Below the pieces are notes generated by a model, which saw nothing but the letters and a program-made list of their open reading frames with translations, did no database searches and was not told the DNA's origin. Shown here in pieces: positions 1 through 8,895 of a DNA stretch of 64,000 nt. Origin of the DNA: Candidatus Latescibacterota bacterium (GTDB lineage Bacteria > Latescibacterota > UBA2968); contig OZ242195.1 of assembly GCA_965205975.1 (NCBI GenBank), forward strand, positions 352,001-416,000. Direction: 5' to 3'. A program made the position numbers and the translations under genes. Position 1 is the first letter of the stretch, and every line of letters starts with the position of its first letter.

Positions 1-3000
1 CGATATATTTTTATCTTGTTTTTTATTTTTCTGATCTCGGAAGCAGGTGTTTTCGCTCAGGCACGTGGTACGATTGTCACGATTGCCGGTGGTGGTTTGG
101 TAGATGGCGATAATGTGCTGGCTACGGATGCTGTGCTCAATCGCCCGCTCGGAATTGCGCTCGATACACAGGGCAATCTCTATATCGCGGATACAGATAA
201 TCACCGCATTCGACGGGTGGATGCAATAACGGGTATTATTACGACGGTCGCGGGTACTGGGGAACCGGGATTCTCGGGCGATGGCGGACCGGCGACAAGT
301 GCGTTGCTCAATACTCCCAATGCTATTGCGATCGATAGCGCAGGCAATATTTATATCAGTAGTGGTGGTGCGAGTGAAAGTGATGTTCACAATCGGCGCA
401 TCCGGCGCATTGATTCTTCTGGTATCATCACTACTGTCGCGGGTACGGGCGAAGGTGGTTTCAAAGATCTGGTACCTGCGCTACAAGCTACGTTCCACGA
501 AATTGTCGCGCTGACGATGTTGGGCGATATAGCTCTTTTAATCTCCGACAGCCTTGATGGGAATGGACAGGGCAACAACCGCGTGCGGCAATTCAATCTG
601 GCGAATAATACCATAGGCACAATTGCGGGCAATGGCAGTGCTCAGGCGTCGAATATTCAGGATGACGGGCTGGCAACTCGGGCGGGTTTTACGCCTGGGC
701 AATTGGCTGTGACGGGTAATGGCGATCTCTTGATTGCCGATTTTAACAACGGACGCATTCGGCGCGTTAGCAGGGCCATACAAGACACAATCGTCGTTGC
801 CGTGATCAATACCGTAGCCGGGCGGAACGCGACCTCTTCGGAAAATCTGTCAGAAGATCTCTATAAGGGCGATGGTGGGCCAGCGACAGGTGCTTTATTT
901 TTTTCTCCTTTGGGCGTAGCTGTCGATGAAGCACGCAATATCTATATCGGCGATACGGGCAATAATCGCATTCGCGTGGTCGAAGCGGAAACGGACCATG
1001 TGTTGACCATCGCGGGAACGGGTATTGCGGGCGCAGGGCCTGATGGTACACTCGGTCTTCTGTCCGATCTGGGGCAGCCCACGCACTTGCTGATTGGTGG
1101 CAATGGAGATCTCATTTTTATTGACGCCGCCAACAATCGCATCCGCAAATTGCGCGATTCCACATTTCGCATGCCCTTGTTCAATGTTCTCTCCGAGAAT
1201 ATCGATTTTGGCGAGGTTAGCGTTGGCGATCCCACCGTGAGCCGTTTGCGCGTTGAAAATCGGGGCAATGTGCCCGTTCGCGTTGACACAGCGATTTCCG
1301 ATAACTCCGCGTTTCGCGTTTTGTCGGCATTGCCCCTCGAAATCGGCATTGCCCAAACCTCCGACATTGAAATTGTGTTTGATCCTGTACAAGCTGGCTC
1401 TATAGATGGGCTTATCACCCTCACTACCGATGATTCGCGCGCCCCTTCTGTCGCTGTCACGGTGCGAGGTCTGGGGGCTGAACCCAGTATCGGACTTTTT
1501 CCTACGGATGTCTTAATTTTTGATCCCACTTTCATCGGACGATCTCAAATATTGTCGGTTCGCATTGACAACCTCGGCGCCGGTGTGCTGATCGTTCCCA
1601 ACGCCACGACGACCGACTCGCAATTTGTGGTGGAACAAACCGATACCTTGCGGATTGACGCGGGGCAAAGCCAGCAGCTTTCCATCGCATTTCGCCCGCA
1701 AGCCGAGGGCCAGCAAGAAGCCACGCTCACCATTTTTAGCAACGCACCTGCCAATCCCACGACCACGCTCCAATTGCAGGGCATTGGGGAAAGTTCCCAA
1801 CCCGGCGGGTTTGTCGATGAGGCCCCCAACGCGAATTTGGGCGATATGGGCGCGGGATTTGGTGCGGCGTGGGCAGATTACGACAACGACAATGATCTCG
1901 ATCTCTACCTCGTGCGTAGCAGAGAACCGAACCGGTTATATCGCAACGATGGGACTGGATTTACAGATATGGCGCCGGCGATGGGTGTTGACGATTCCGG
2001 CGATGGCAGCGCGGGCGTCTGGGGCGATTACGACCGCGATGGCGATCTCGACCTCTACGTCACCAATTTTGGTGGATCGAATCGGTTATATCGCAACGAT
2101 GGGACTGGATTTACAGATGTGGCGCCGGCGATGGGTGTTGACGATTCCGGCGATGGATATGGCGCGGCTTGGGGCGATTATGACCGCGATGGGGATCTCG
2201 ACCTTTACGTCGCCAACTTTGGCGCGAATCGCTTTTTCCAGAACAATGGCAACCGTTTTTCCGAACTGGCGGATAGCCTGGGCCTGAGCGATACAGAAAG
2301 TGGGATTCAACCTGCTTGGGGCGATTTTGACAACGATGGCGACCTCGATCTGTTTTTGGCAAATAGCGGTCCCAACCGTCTCTTTCGCAATGATGGCGCG
2401 CGCTTCACGTCCATAGAAAATATTTTTAATCCCACCGATGAAGGGCCGAGTTTTGGCGCGGCCTGGGGCGATTTTGACAACGATGGCGATCTCGATCTGT
2501 TTATTCCCTATTTTGGCGCGAATAACAGGTGTTATACAAACGAGGGCAATGGCACGTTCAGAGATCGCGCGACGGAGTTGGGCCTCGCCCACGATGGACG
2601 AAGCCGAGGCGCAGTATGGGGCGATTTTGACAACGATGGCGATCTCGATCTCTATGTCACCAATAGGGGCCAGCCCAATTTGTATTACAAGAATGTGGAT
2701 GGGCATTTTGCCGACATATCCGATTCTTTGGGTGTTGCCCTGAATGCGGACAGCCGCGGCGTTGCCCTTGCCGATTACGACAACGATGGGAGACTCGATT
2801 TTTATGTCGCCGTGCAAAATGGCCCGGACGCCCTCTTTCGCAATCGCGAGGCCAATGGCAACTGGATCGCAATTCGGCTTCGCGGTACAGAAAGTAGCCC
2901 CGATGCGATTGGCACGCGTCTCGAAATTGCGTTCAGAGACAGAGATGGCAATAACCGCCGCGCCATTCGAGAAATCACAGGCGGCGCGTCCTTTTTATCG

Positions 3001-3336
3001 CAAGATGCGCTCACGCCCGTGTTTGGTGTGGGCAGAGCCGAATATGTCGAGGTGCTCACACTGCGCTGGCCCAGTGGCATTGTCCAGGAATTTCGCAGTG
3101 AGACCGACGATTTGTCGGTCAATCGCGTTCTCCACATCGTCGAACAACCACTTGCGTCTGCAATAATATCCTACGATTTCAATGCCGATGGTCGATTCGA
3201 CTTCAGCGATTTCACAATCTTTGTCAATGCCTTTGGCTCTGCGGATATGCGTTTTGACCTCGATGCCGATGGTCGGATTGGATTTGGTGATTTTTTGCGT
3301 TTTGTCCAGGTTTATGAGGTGAGAGGTGAGAGGTGA
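1..3336 (+). CDS. Large secreted multidomain protein: NHL repeats, two Ig-like (choice-of-anchor D/ASH-like) domains, FG-GAP/VCBS repeats, ASPIC/UnbV domain, C-terminal dockerin/EF-hand-like tag; 5' end lies before the window
   Basis: Frame is open from base 1 (RYIFILFFIFLISEAGVFAQ, signal-peptide-like); NHL motifs (PLGIALDTQGNLYIADTDNHRIRRVD); repeated WGDYDxDGDLDLYV motifs; AIGTR...GASFLSQ...FGVG...WPSG; DFNADGRFDFSDF..F tail. Confidence 0.88.
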   Translation, partial: RYIFILFFIFLISEAGVFAQARGTIVTIAGGGLVDGDNVLATDAVLNRPLGIALDTQGNLYIADTDNHRIRRVDAITGIITTVAGTGEPGFSGDGGPATSALLNTPNAIAIDSAGNIYISSGGASESDVHNRRIRRIDSSGIITTVAGTGEGGFKDLVPALQATFHEIVALTMLGDIALLISDSLDGNGQGNNRVRQFNLANNTIGTIAGNGSAQASNIQDDGLATRAGFTPGQLAVTGNGDLLIADFNNGRIRRVSRAIQDTIVVAVINTVAGRNATSSENLSEDLYKGDGGPATGALFFSPLGVAVDEARNIYIGDTGNNRIRVVEAETDHVLTIAGTGIAGAGPDGTLGLLSDLGQPTHLLIGGNGDLIFIDAANNRIRKLRDSTFRMPLFNVLSENIDFGEVSVGDPTVSRLRVENRGNVPVRVDTAISDNSAFRVLSALPLEIGIAQTSDIEIVFDPVQAGSIDGLITLTTDDSRAPSVAVTVRGLGAEPSIGLFPTDVLIFDPTFIGRSQILSVRIDNLGAGVLIVPNATTTDSQFVVEQTDTLRIDAGQSQQLSIAFRPQAEGQQEATLTIFSNAPANPTTTLQLQGIGESSQPGGFVDEAPNANLGDMGAGFGAAWADYDNDNDLDLYLVRSREPNRLYRNDGTGFTDMAPAMGVDDSGDGSAGVWGDYDRDGDLDLYVTNFGGSNRLYRNDGTGFTDVAPAMGVDDSGDGYGAAWGDYDRDGDLDLYVANFGANRFFQNNGNRFSELADSLGLSDTESGIQPAWGDFDNDGDLDLFLANSGPNRLFRNDGARFTSIENIFNPTDEGPSFGAAWGDFDNDGDLDLFIPYFGANNRCYTNEGNGTFRDRATELGLAHDGRSRGAVWGDFDNDGDLDLYVTNRGQPNLYYKNVDGHFADISDSLGVALNADSRGVALADYDNDGRLDFYVAVQNGPDALFRNREANGNWIAIRLRGTESSPDAIGTRLEIAFRDRDGNNRRAIREITGGASFLSQDALTPVFGVGRAEYVEVLTLRWPSGIVQEFRSETDDLSVNRVLHIVEQPLASAIISYDFNADGRFDFSDFTIFVNAFGSADMRFDLDADGRIGFGDFLRFVQVYEVRGER
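1933..2156 (+). repeat. Near-identical 74-bp direct repeat with 150-bp period inside the FG-GAP region
   Basis: 1933-2006 and 2083-2156 differ at one base (1969 a vs 2119 g). Confidence 0.9.
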
Positions 3337-3348
3337 GAGGTGAGAGGT
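3316..3348 (+). repeat. Heptamer tandem repeat (GTGAGAG)n spanning the stop codon
   Basis: gaggtgagaggtgagaggtgagaggtgagaggt; shorter copies at 8807-8826 and ~38691-38700. Confidence 0.85.
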
Positions 3349-3407
3349 GTACACCGTCCGTGGTCGCCCGTTCTATTATTGAATATCGATATCAAACGTC
3401 TTTGACT

Positions 3408-4031
3408 ATGATCGCACTCCCAACACCTCAAAATATCAATCAGGCTACCGATATTATTAAAAACGGCGGCTTGATTGCCTATCCGACCGAGACTGTTTAT
3501 GGTCTGGGGGCTGATCCCCATAACGATGAAGCTGTTCAGAGAATTTTCACTGCCAAAGGGCGTGCGGAGGACAAGGGGTTTATTCTCTTGATTCGCGGTG
3601 TAGATGATCTTTCAACGCTTGTTCGTGTGGTATCTCCGACAGCCCAAATACTTATTGAGGCATTTTGGCCTGGACCTCTTACCCTTGTTTTTCGCGCAAA
3701 TACCGATCTTTCACCCACTTTGCTCGGCGGACGCGATACGGTGGCTCTCCGCCATTCGAGTTCGCCTATTGCCACCCAGTTGCTCACTGCACTCGGCGGT
3801 CCCCTCACGAGTACGAGTGCCAATCGTTCTACAGAGCCTCCAGCGCGTTCGGCTTGCGAGGTGGAAAACGCGCTGGGGGAGCATCTCGATTTCATTCTCG
3901 ACGGTGGACCTTCCGACAGTACGCTCCCTTCTACACTTGTTGATGTTTCTACCGACCACGCAATTCTCCTGCGCGAAGGTGCTGTTTCTGCTCAAAAACT
4001 CAGGACGTATATTCAATTTGAAAAAAAATAA
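3408..4031 (+). CDS. tsaC: L-threonylcarbamoyladenylate synthase (TsaC/Sua5/YrdC family)
   Basis: AYPTETVYGLG, KGR, FWPGPLTLV, STSANRS and PST motifs; ATG at 3408 preferred over the GTG inside the repeat. Confidence 0.93.
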   Translation: MIALPTPQNINQATDIIKNGGLIAYPTETVYGLGADPHNDEAVQRIFTAKGRAEDKGFILLIRGVDDLSTLVRVVSPTAQILIEAFWPGPLTLVFRANTDLSPTLLGGRDTVALRHSSSPIATQLLTALGGPLTSTSANRSTEPPARSACEVENALGEHLDFILDGGPSDSTLPSTLVDVSTDHAILLREGAVSAQKLRTYIQFEKK

Positions 4032-4087
4032 AAGGCGAGAAGAAAAATCTCCTCGCCTGATCGCAAACATGGGAAGCAATATTTACT

Positions 4088-5287
4088 TTAAAATGAAACA
4101 TTGCTCATCACATAAGCCCAGTGCATGTTCTCGTTCAATCGGCCCAATGCCTTGATGGCATCTCGCGCCAGAGCAATTGTATAACCAGTGACAAAGGTTA
4201 CATTTTCGCTGTATTGATATGATAGTGTTAAATCGAGTTCATCTGCCAGATGACCCGATTCCAAATTGCCTTTTTGGGCGAGGAAGAACACATGTCCGTC
4301 CGCTGCCAAACGCAACTGCTCTTCTTCATCCAGCGGTACAGATACTTTTATGGCAAAGTCCTGAAGGCCCAGATTTTGAGTGTGGACGGGTATGTTGAGA
4401 AATAAATCGGCAAAACCGTAGTATTTGTGATTGGTTGCAAAGAGCGTGTCAAATGATTTCCATTTGCTGTCTTTCTCATTGCCATCGCCAGACAAATAAT
4501 CATACCACAGGGTCAGACTACCACTGCCCAGTGTTGTGCCCAGCCTGCCGCCAAACATAAATGCCGAGCCGTTTGGCCCGCGTCGTTCGCCCGTTTGGAA
4601 AGAGCCTTCTGCGCGGTAGATCCAGTTCGATTTTTCGCCGTAAATGCGTGCGCCGAGTGTCCATAGCCGCGTATTATCACTTCTGTTGAAGCCCTTGGGG
4701 GATACGTGATGGTAGATGCCGTAAAAATCTGCAGATGTGTTCGTTCCGGTCGCAGTAGCATACAAAGCAGCCAGGTAGGCATTGCCGCTTATACCTTCGG
4801 CTGTGGTATCGGATAGGCGAACGCCAACCCCTTGAACTGTGCCCCATTGGGGTTTGGCAGTTGCGATAATACCGTCGAAGGCACGCCCTTGTTGTGCCCA
4901 TTCGACTGCGCCGATTATCCGCTGTCCGCCCAGTCCTATCGCCTGTCGTCCAATGCGAAGGGATAGGGCTGTGTCGCCCATATCTTTGATGTCCATATAT
5001 GCCTGATGAAAGTCAAAATTGTCGGCATTATAATCGGTGAAGGTATCGCTTTCTTCACCCCACAGCCGAACATCCTGCAATTGGACAAACACACTCACAT
5101 CCTGCTCTAAAGTCGCTGTGATATTCAGCCGAGCACGCATGGATGTGAATACGTCGTGCCCATTGCCAACGGGATCTCGAAATTCCGTGCGAGGTCGAAT
5201 TTGCCCTCCAAACTCGATATCTGTGGCTTCAACACCACTTGATATAATGACAATTATCGCTATACCAACTAACCATCTCGACAGCAT
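4088..5287 (-). CDS. Alginate export family (AlgE-like) outer-membrane beta-barrel
   Basis: Signal peptide; GQIRPRTEFR, VQLQDVRLWG, RIGRQ...GGQRIIG..EW.QQGRAFDG, YDYLSGD, TNHKYYG.AD; C-terminal Phe; GGAGG RBS. Confidence 0.8.
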   Translation of the reverse strand: MLSRWLVGIAIIVIISSGVEATDIEFGGQIRPRTEFRDPVGNGHDVFTSMRARLNITATLEQDVSVFVQLQDVRLWGEESDTFTDYNADNFDFHQAYMDIKDMGDTALSLRIGRQAIGLGGQRIIGAVEWAQQGRAFDGIIATAKPQWGTVQGVGVRLSDTTAEGISGNAYLAALYATATGTNTSADFYGIYHHVSPKGFNRSDNTRLWTLGARIYGEKSNWIYRAEGSFQTGERRGPNGSAFMFGGRLGTTLGSGSLTLWYDYLSGDGNEKDSKWKSFDTLFATNHKYYGFADLFLNIPVHTQNLGLQDFAIKVSVPLDEEEQLRLAADGHVFFLAQKGNLESGHLADELDLTLSYQYSENVTFVTGYTIALARDAIKALGRLNENMHWAYVMSNVSF

Positions 5288-5399
5288 ATTAGCCTCCTGG
5301 ATACAAATTTTTCAACCGGAGATCACCTAAGTATAATATACGATAAAAATTTAGACAATAAACGAGTATCGACATAGATATAAGACAATCATACCCATC

Positions 5400-5426
5400 G
5401 TAGGGGCGGTGCCCCTGTGCCCGCCC
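5400..5426 (+). repeat. GTAG-type REP palindrome
   Basis: gtag-gggcggtgc-ccct-gtgcccgccc. Confidence 0.65.
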
Positions 5427-5468
5427 GTCATCATAAGGGTAGTGTCTTTAAGCTAAAAAATCTGTTTA

Positions 5469-7643
5469 TCACAGCAAAGTTCCCTGAACAGGTTCTTCGA
5501 CAATTCCAGCTCGAATGCGCTGAGATAGGGTCGTGTGTCGCTCTGCAACCCGATTGTTGCGAACAGCCATCCCCAGGGCTTGTTTTGTGCCTACCAGCAC
5601 GACCAGTTCTCGCGCCCGCGTGATGGCCGTGTACAACAAGTTGCGCTGTAACATCATATAGTGCTGCGTGGTCAAAGGCATGACTACGGCGCGAAATTCT
5701 GCACCCTGGCTCTTGTGTACACTCATGGCATAGGCCAGCACCAACTCGTCCAATTCCGAGAACTCATATTCTATGACGCGGTCCTGAAATCGCATGTGCA
5801 ATATATCGTCTTCTATTCCGAGAACGCGTCCAATATCTCCATTAAAAACATCGCGGTCATAGTTATTCCGCACCTGCATCACTTTGTCGCCCACCCGAAA
5901 GCGAATACCGCCCCGCGTCATCTCCTGTCCTTTGGGATTCAACTCGTCTTGCAAGACCTGGTTGAGATTGTTCGCGCCGGTTTCCCCTCGATACATCGGT
6001 ACGAGTACTTGAATATCTTCAATACTGTCCAACCGATATGTGCGCGGCAAACGTGCAGCACACAATCCACAAACCATCTCGACGACCTGATTGGGTTCCG
6101 AGACTTCGATAAAAAAGAAATCCGCATCGCGGTCATTTTGCACGTATGGCATTTCGCCGCGATTGATCGCGTGGGCATTGGTAACAATATGGCTCGTTTG
6201 TGCCTGTCGAAAGATCTCGTTGAGTTCCACGACTTCTACCGTGCCAGATGCAATGACATCCTTCAACACATTTCCCGCGCCAACCGATGGCAACTGATCG
6301 ACATCGCCTACCAGGACTACCGAAGCACTGATTGGTACAGCGCGCAATAGACTGTTCATCAGAACTGTATCGACCATGGATATTTCATCGACAATCAGAG
6401 CATCAATTTCCAGAGGATTATCAAAATTTTTCTCAAACGCCATTTCAGATGGGCTAAATTTTAGCAATCTGTGGATGGTTTTGGCCTCATGCCCGGTTGC
6501 CTCAGACATTCGCTTGGCCGCGCGTCCCGTTGGTGCTGCCAGTGCGATTTTTTTCTTTCGCGCCTCTAAAAGTGCGATCAGCCCTTTAATGGTCGTTGTT
6601 TTACCCGTTCCGGGACCACCCGTCAGGACCAGCAAATTGTGCGACAATGCCTTTTCCAATGCCAATTTTTGACGGGGCGCAAATGTTACCCCATCGCGCT
6701 GTTCTATGGCTCTGACTTCCGCCGGGATATTGCCGAGTTCAATGCGTTGCACCTGGGATAATTGATAGCACCGCGTTGCCGCGCCCTGTTCGGCATAGTA
6801 CAAATGCGGCAAATACACCCGCTCATCATTGGCGACAATCGATTCTTCGGAGAGCAGTTGTGCTACACACGGTGCGATTGCATCGACGGGTACATCGAGT
6901 GCTTCGGCACAAGATTCGATGAGCGCGTCTTCAGGCAAGAATACATGTCCTTCTTTGTCTGCTGCTTCGTTGAGGACATGCAAAAGACCAGCTTGAATGC
7001 GCCGGTCTGAATGCGCGGGGATGCCCATTTTTTGCGCGATGCGGTCTGCTGTCAGAAATCCAATGCCCCAAACATCTACTGATAGGCGATAGGGATTTTC
7101 CCGAATTAATTCAATGGCTTCATGCCCGTACCGTTTCCATATTTTTACGGCGTATCCCGTGCCTACTTCGTGCGATTGCAAGAATAGCATTACATTGTGG
7201 ATCTCGCGCTGGTCTTCCCAGGCTTTGATAATCCACTTTGCGCGTTTGGCTCCCAATCCTTCGACTTCGACTAATCGCTCGGGATCTCTTTCGATGACAT
7301 CGAGAGCTTCTTTGCCAAAGTGATCCACAATCCGCTTTGCCGTGACTGGCCCGATGCCTTTGATCAATCCCGAACCCAAATATCGCCGCATTCCCTCTAC
7401 CGTAGATGGATATACGGTCTGGTAGGATTCAATTTTGAACTGTGCCCCATATTGCTTATGGGTTGTCCATTCGCCTTCCAAAATCACGGTCTCGCCCGGG
7501 TTGATCGACAGCATTTCGCCCACAATGGTCGCCAGACGGTTGTTGTATGCGGTGGATCCCTCTACCTGCAAACGGGCAATCGTGTATCCATTCTCTTCGT
7601 TTTGAAATGTAATGCGATCTACAATTCCGCGAAGCTGAGCCAT
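5469..7643 (-). CDS. recD2: ATP-dependent RecD-like DNA helicase (RecD2/SF1B)
   Basis: N-terminal HhH region (YLGSGLIKGIGP), Walker A GGPGTGKTT, LAAPTGRAAKR, VDEISM, GDVDQLPSVGAG, AYAMSVHKSQGAE, LLYTAITRA. Confidence 0.95.
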   Translation of the reverse strand: MAQLRGIVDRITFQNEENGYTIARLQVEGSTAYNNRLATIVGEMLSINPGETVILEGEWTTHKQYGAQFKIESYQTVYPSTVEGMRRYLGSGLIKGIGPVTAKRIVDHFGKEALDVIERDPERLVEVEGLGAKRAKWIIKAWEDQREIHNVMLFLQSHEVGTGYAVKIWKRYGHEAIELIRENPYRLSVDVWGIGFLTADRIAQKMGIPAHSDRRIQAGLLHVLNEAADKEGHVFLPEDALIESCAEALDVPVDAIAPCVAQLLSEESIVANDERVYLPHLYYAEQGAATRCYQLSQVQRIELGNIPAEVRAIEQRDGVTFAPRQKLALEKALSHNLLVLTGGPGTGKTTTIKGLIALLEARKKKIALAAPTGRAAKRMSEATGHEAKTIHRLLKFSPSEMAFEKNFDNPLEIDALIVDEISMVDTVLMNSLLRAVPISASVVLVGDVDQLPSVGAGNVLKDVIASGTVEVVELNEIFRQAQTSHIVTNAHAINRGEMPYVQNDRDADFFFIEVSEPNQVVEMVCGLCAARLPRTYRLDSIEDIQVLVPMYRGETGANNLNQVLQDELNPKGQEMTRGGIRFRVGDKVMQVRNNYDRDVFNGDIGRVLGIEDDILHMRFQDRVIEYEFSELDELVLAYAMSVHKSQGAEFRAVVMPLTTQHYMMLQRNLLYTAITRARELVVLVGTKQALGMAVRNNRVAERHTTLSQRIRAGIVEEPVQGTLL

Positions 7644-7695
7644 GTAAAACCTCGGCGAACATGTTCTCCCATCACACAATCGGAGGGGTAGAGGA

Positions 7696-7724
7696 ATTAT
7701 ACGACACTTGCCGCGGTTTTACAA
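7696..7724 (-). promoter_or_regulatory. sigma70-type promoter for recD2
   Basis: Minus strand TTGTAA (7724-7719), 17-nt spacer, TATAAT (7701-7696). Confidence 0.7.
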
Positions 7725-7804
7725 GTTGTATCAAATTTGCAGTACACAAAATGTATAAAATCCGTATATTGTTGAAACACAACATTTAACGGCTACGTCA
7801 TAAC

Positions 7805-8109
7805 GGAAAAGAGGTTGGCCCAAAAGCTATTGACACACCGCATGTACCTGTCGGTGTGATCTGGGGTCCTCGCGCCGTCCCGCCAAGAACTCGCGCGAGG
7901 GCCTTTCTTTTTGGTACACGAAATGGTTGCCCTCGGGCCAACCAGGTCACAAATTGAAATTTTTCCGAAAAACAAAAAGCACCTACCCGTCCCTTCACCA
8001 AATCGCCAATTTTGACGCAAGGAACAAGCAGGTGCCTCGTGGACTGGTATGGCAACGCTGCTGAAACGCTGGGCGTTCCGAAAATATTGTTTTTTTTACA
8101 GGCCAGTCG
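7805..8109 (-). ncRNA. Candidate structured non-coding RNA (~300 nt, two domains, pseudoknot); family not recognised
   Basis: 15-bp and 17-bp stems that pair fully only on the minus strand through G-U pairs, two further hairpins, 8-bp loop pairing, dedicated promoter, U-rich 3' end. Confidence 0.65.
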
Positions 8110-8115
8110 GCAGAA

Positions 8116-8144
8116 AATATAGCCAATCTTATATTTGGGGTCAA
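8116..8144 (-). promoter_or_regulatory. sigma70-type promoter pointing into the ncRNA candidate
   Basis: Minus strand TTGACC (8144-8139), 17-nt spacer, TATATT (8121-8116). Confidence 0.7.
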
Positions 8145-8189
8145 GGGAGAAAATGGATTGGGGCTCGTAGATATGATTGAGGATAAAAA

Positions 8190-8810
8190 ATGAAGCGGTT
8201 TCTCATCGTTGTTTTACTCGGATTGATATGGACAGCTCATGCTGAAGAGGATCGCAAGACGGTTTTGTTTTTGGGAGATAGCCTGACCGCGGGTTATGGT
8301 CTGGATAAAACGCAGGCTTTTCCCGCGCTGATTCAGGCAAAGATTGATTCGCTCGGGTGGGCGTTTGATGTGATCAATGGCGGACTGAGTGGCGAAACAT
8401 CGGCGGGAGGGTTGCGGCGGGTCAACTGGTTGCTGCGGCGAAAAATCGATGTGCTGGTGCTGGCATTGGGGGGCAACGATGGCTTGCGGGGGATTCCCAC
8501 GACTGAAATGCAGCAAAATTTGCAGGGGATTATAGATCGCGCAAAAGAGAAGTATCCAGATATTCAGATCATACTTATGGGTATTGAAGCACCGCCAAAT
8601 TTGGGAGATATATATACGACGGCTTTCCGTGCGGTGTTCCCTGCTCTATCTGAAAAGAATCGCGTGCTTTTGATCCCCTTTTTGTTAGAAGGGGTTGGTG
8701 GGATTCCAGAACTGAATCTGCCAGACCGCATTCATCCCAATGCTGCGGGACATCGGATTATAGCGGAAACCGTGTGGCGTGTGCTTAAACCGATTCTGGA
8801 AAAGCGGTGA
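8190..8810 (+). CDS. tesA: Arylesterase / acyl-CoA thioesterase I-like SGNH hydrolase
   Basis: Signal peptide; GDSLTAGYG, SGETSAGGL, LGGNDGLRG, DRIHPN; linked to YbbA/YbbP-like ABC genes. Confidence 0.9.
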   Translation: MKRFLIVVLLGLIWTAHAEEDRKTVLFLGDSLTAGYGLDKTQAFPALIQAKIDSLGWAFDVINGGLSGETSAGGLRRVNWLLRRKIDVLVLALGGNDGLRGIPTTEMQQNLQGIIDRAKEKYPDIQIILMGIEAPPNLGDIYTTAFRAVFPALSEKNRVLLIPFLLEGVGGIPELNLPDRIHPNAAGHRIIAETVWRVLKPILEKR

Positions 8811-8866
8811 GAGGTGAGAAGTGAGACTAAGTACACAACACCCCCGAGTTCCCAGCTCCTCTTTTT

Positions 8867-8895
8867 CATCTGCGTCATCTGCGTCATCTGCGGAT
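8867..8895 (+). repeat. 9-bp tandem repeat (ATCTGCGTC) between convergent genes
   Basis: atctgcgtc atctgcgtc atctgcgga. Confidence 0.7.

Noticed and set aside
1860..2800. Regularly spaced GGGGCGATT(T/A)(T/C)GAC..CGATGG repeats as a CRISPR-like array
   Set aside because: They are in-frame codons for the WGDxDxDGDLD FG-GAP motif inside a CDS
7657..7666. GAACATGTTC palindrome upstream of recD2 as a LexA box
   Set aside because: Spacer is 2 nt rather than the 4 nt of the GAAC-N4-GTTC box; single short instance
7793..8055. Minus-strand ORFs of 75 and 85 aa in the recD2-tesA gap
   Set aside because: TTG starts, no RBS, no protein-like pattern; the region is better explained by RNA structure
7805..8109. 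Assignment of this RNA as retron msr/msd, tracrRNA, SAM-I, SRP, tmRNA or RNase P
   Set aside because: No RT or Cas gene nearby and the diagnostic conserved motifs are absent; TGGCCC..GCAACC is only a superficial SAM-I resemblance
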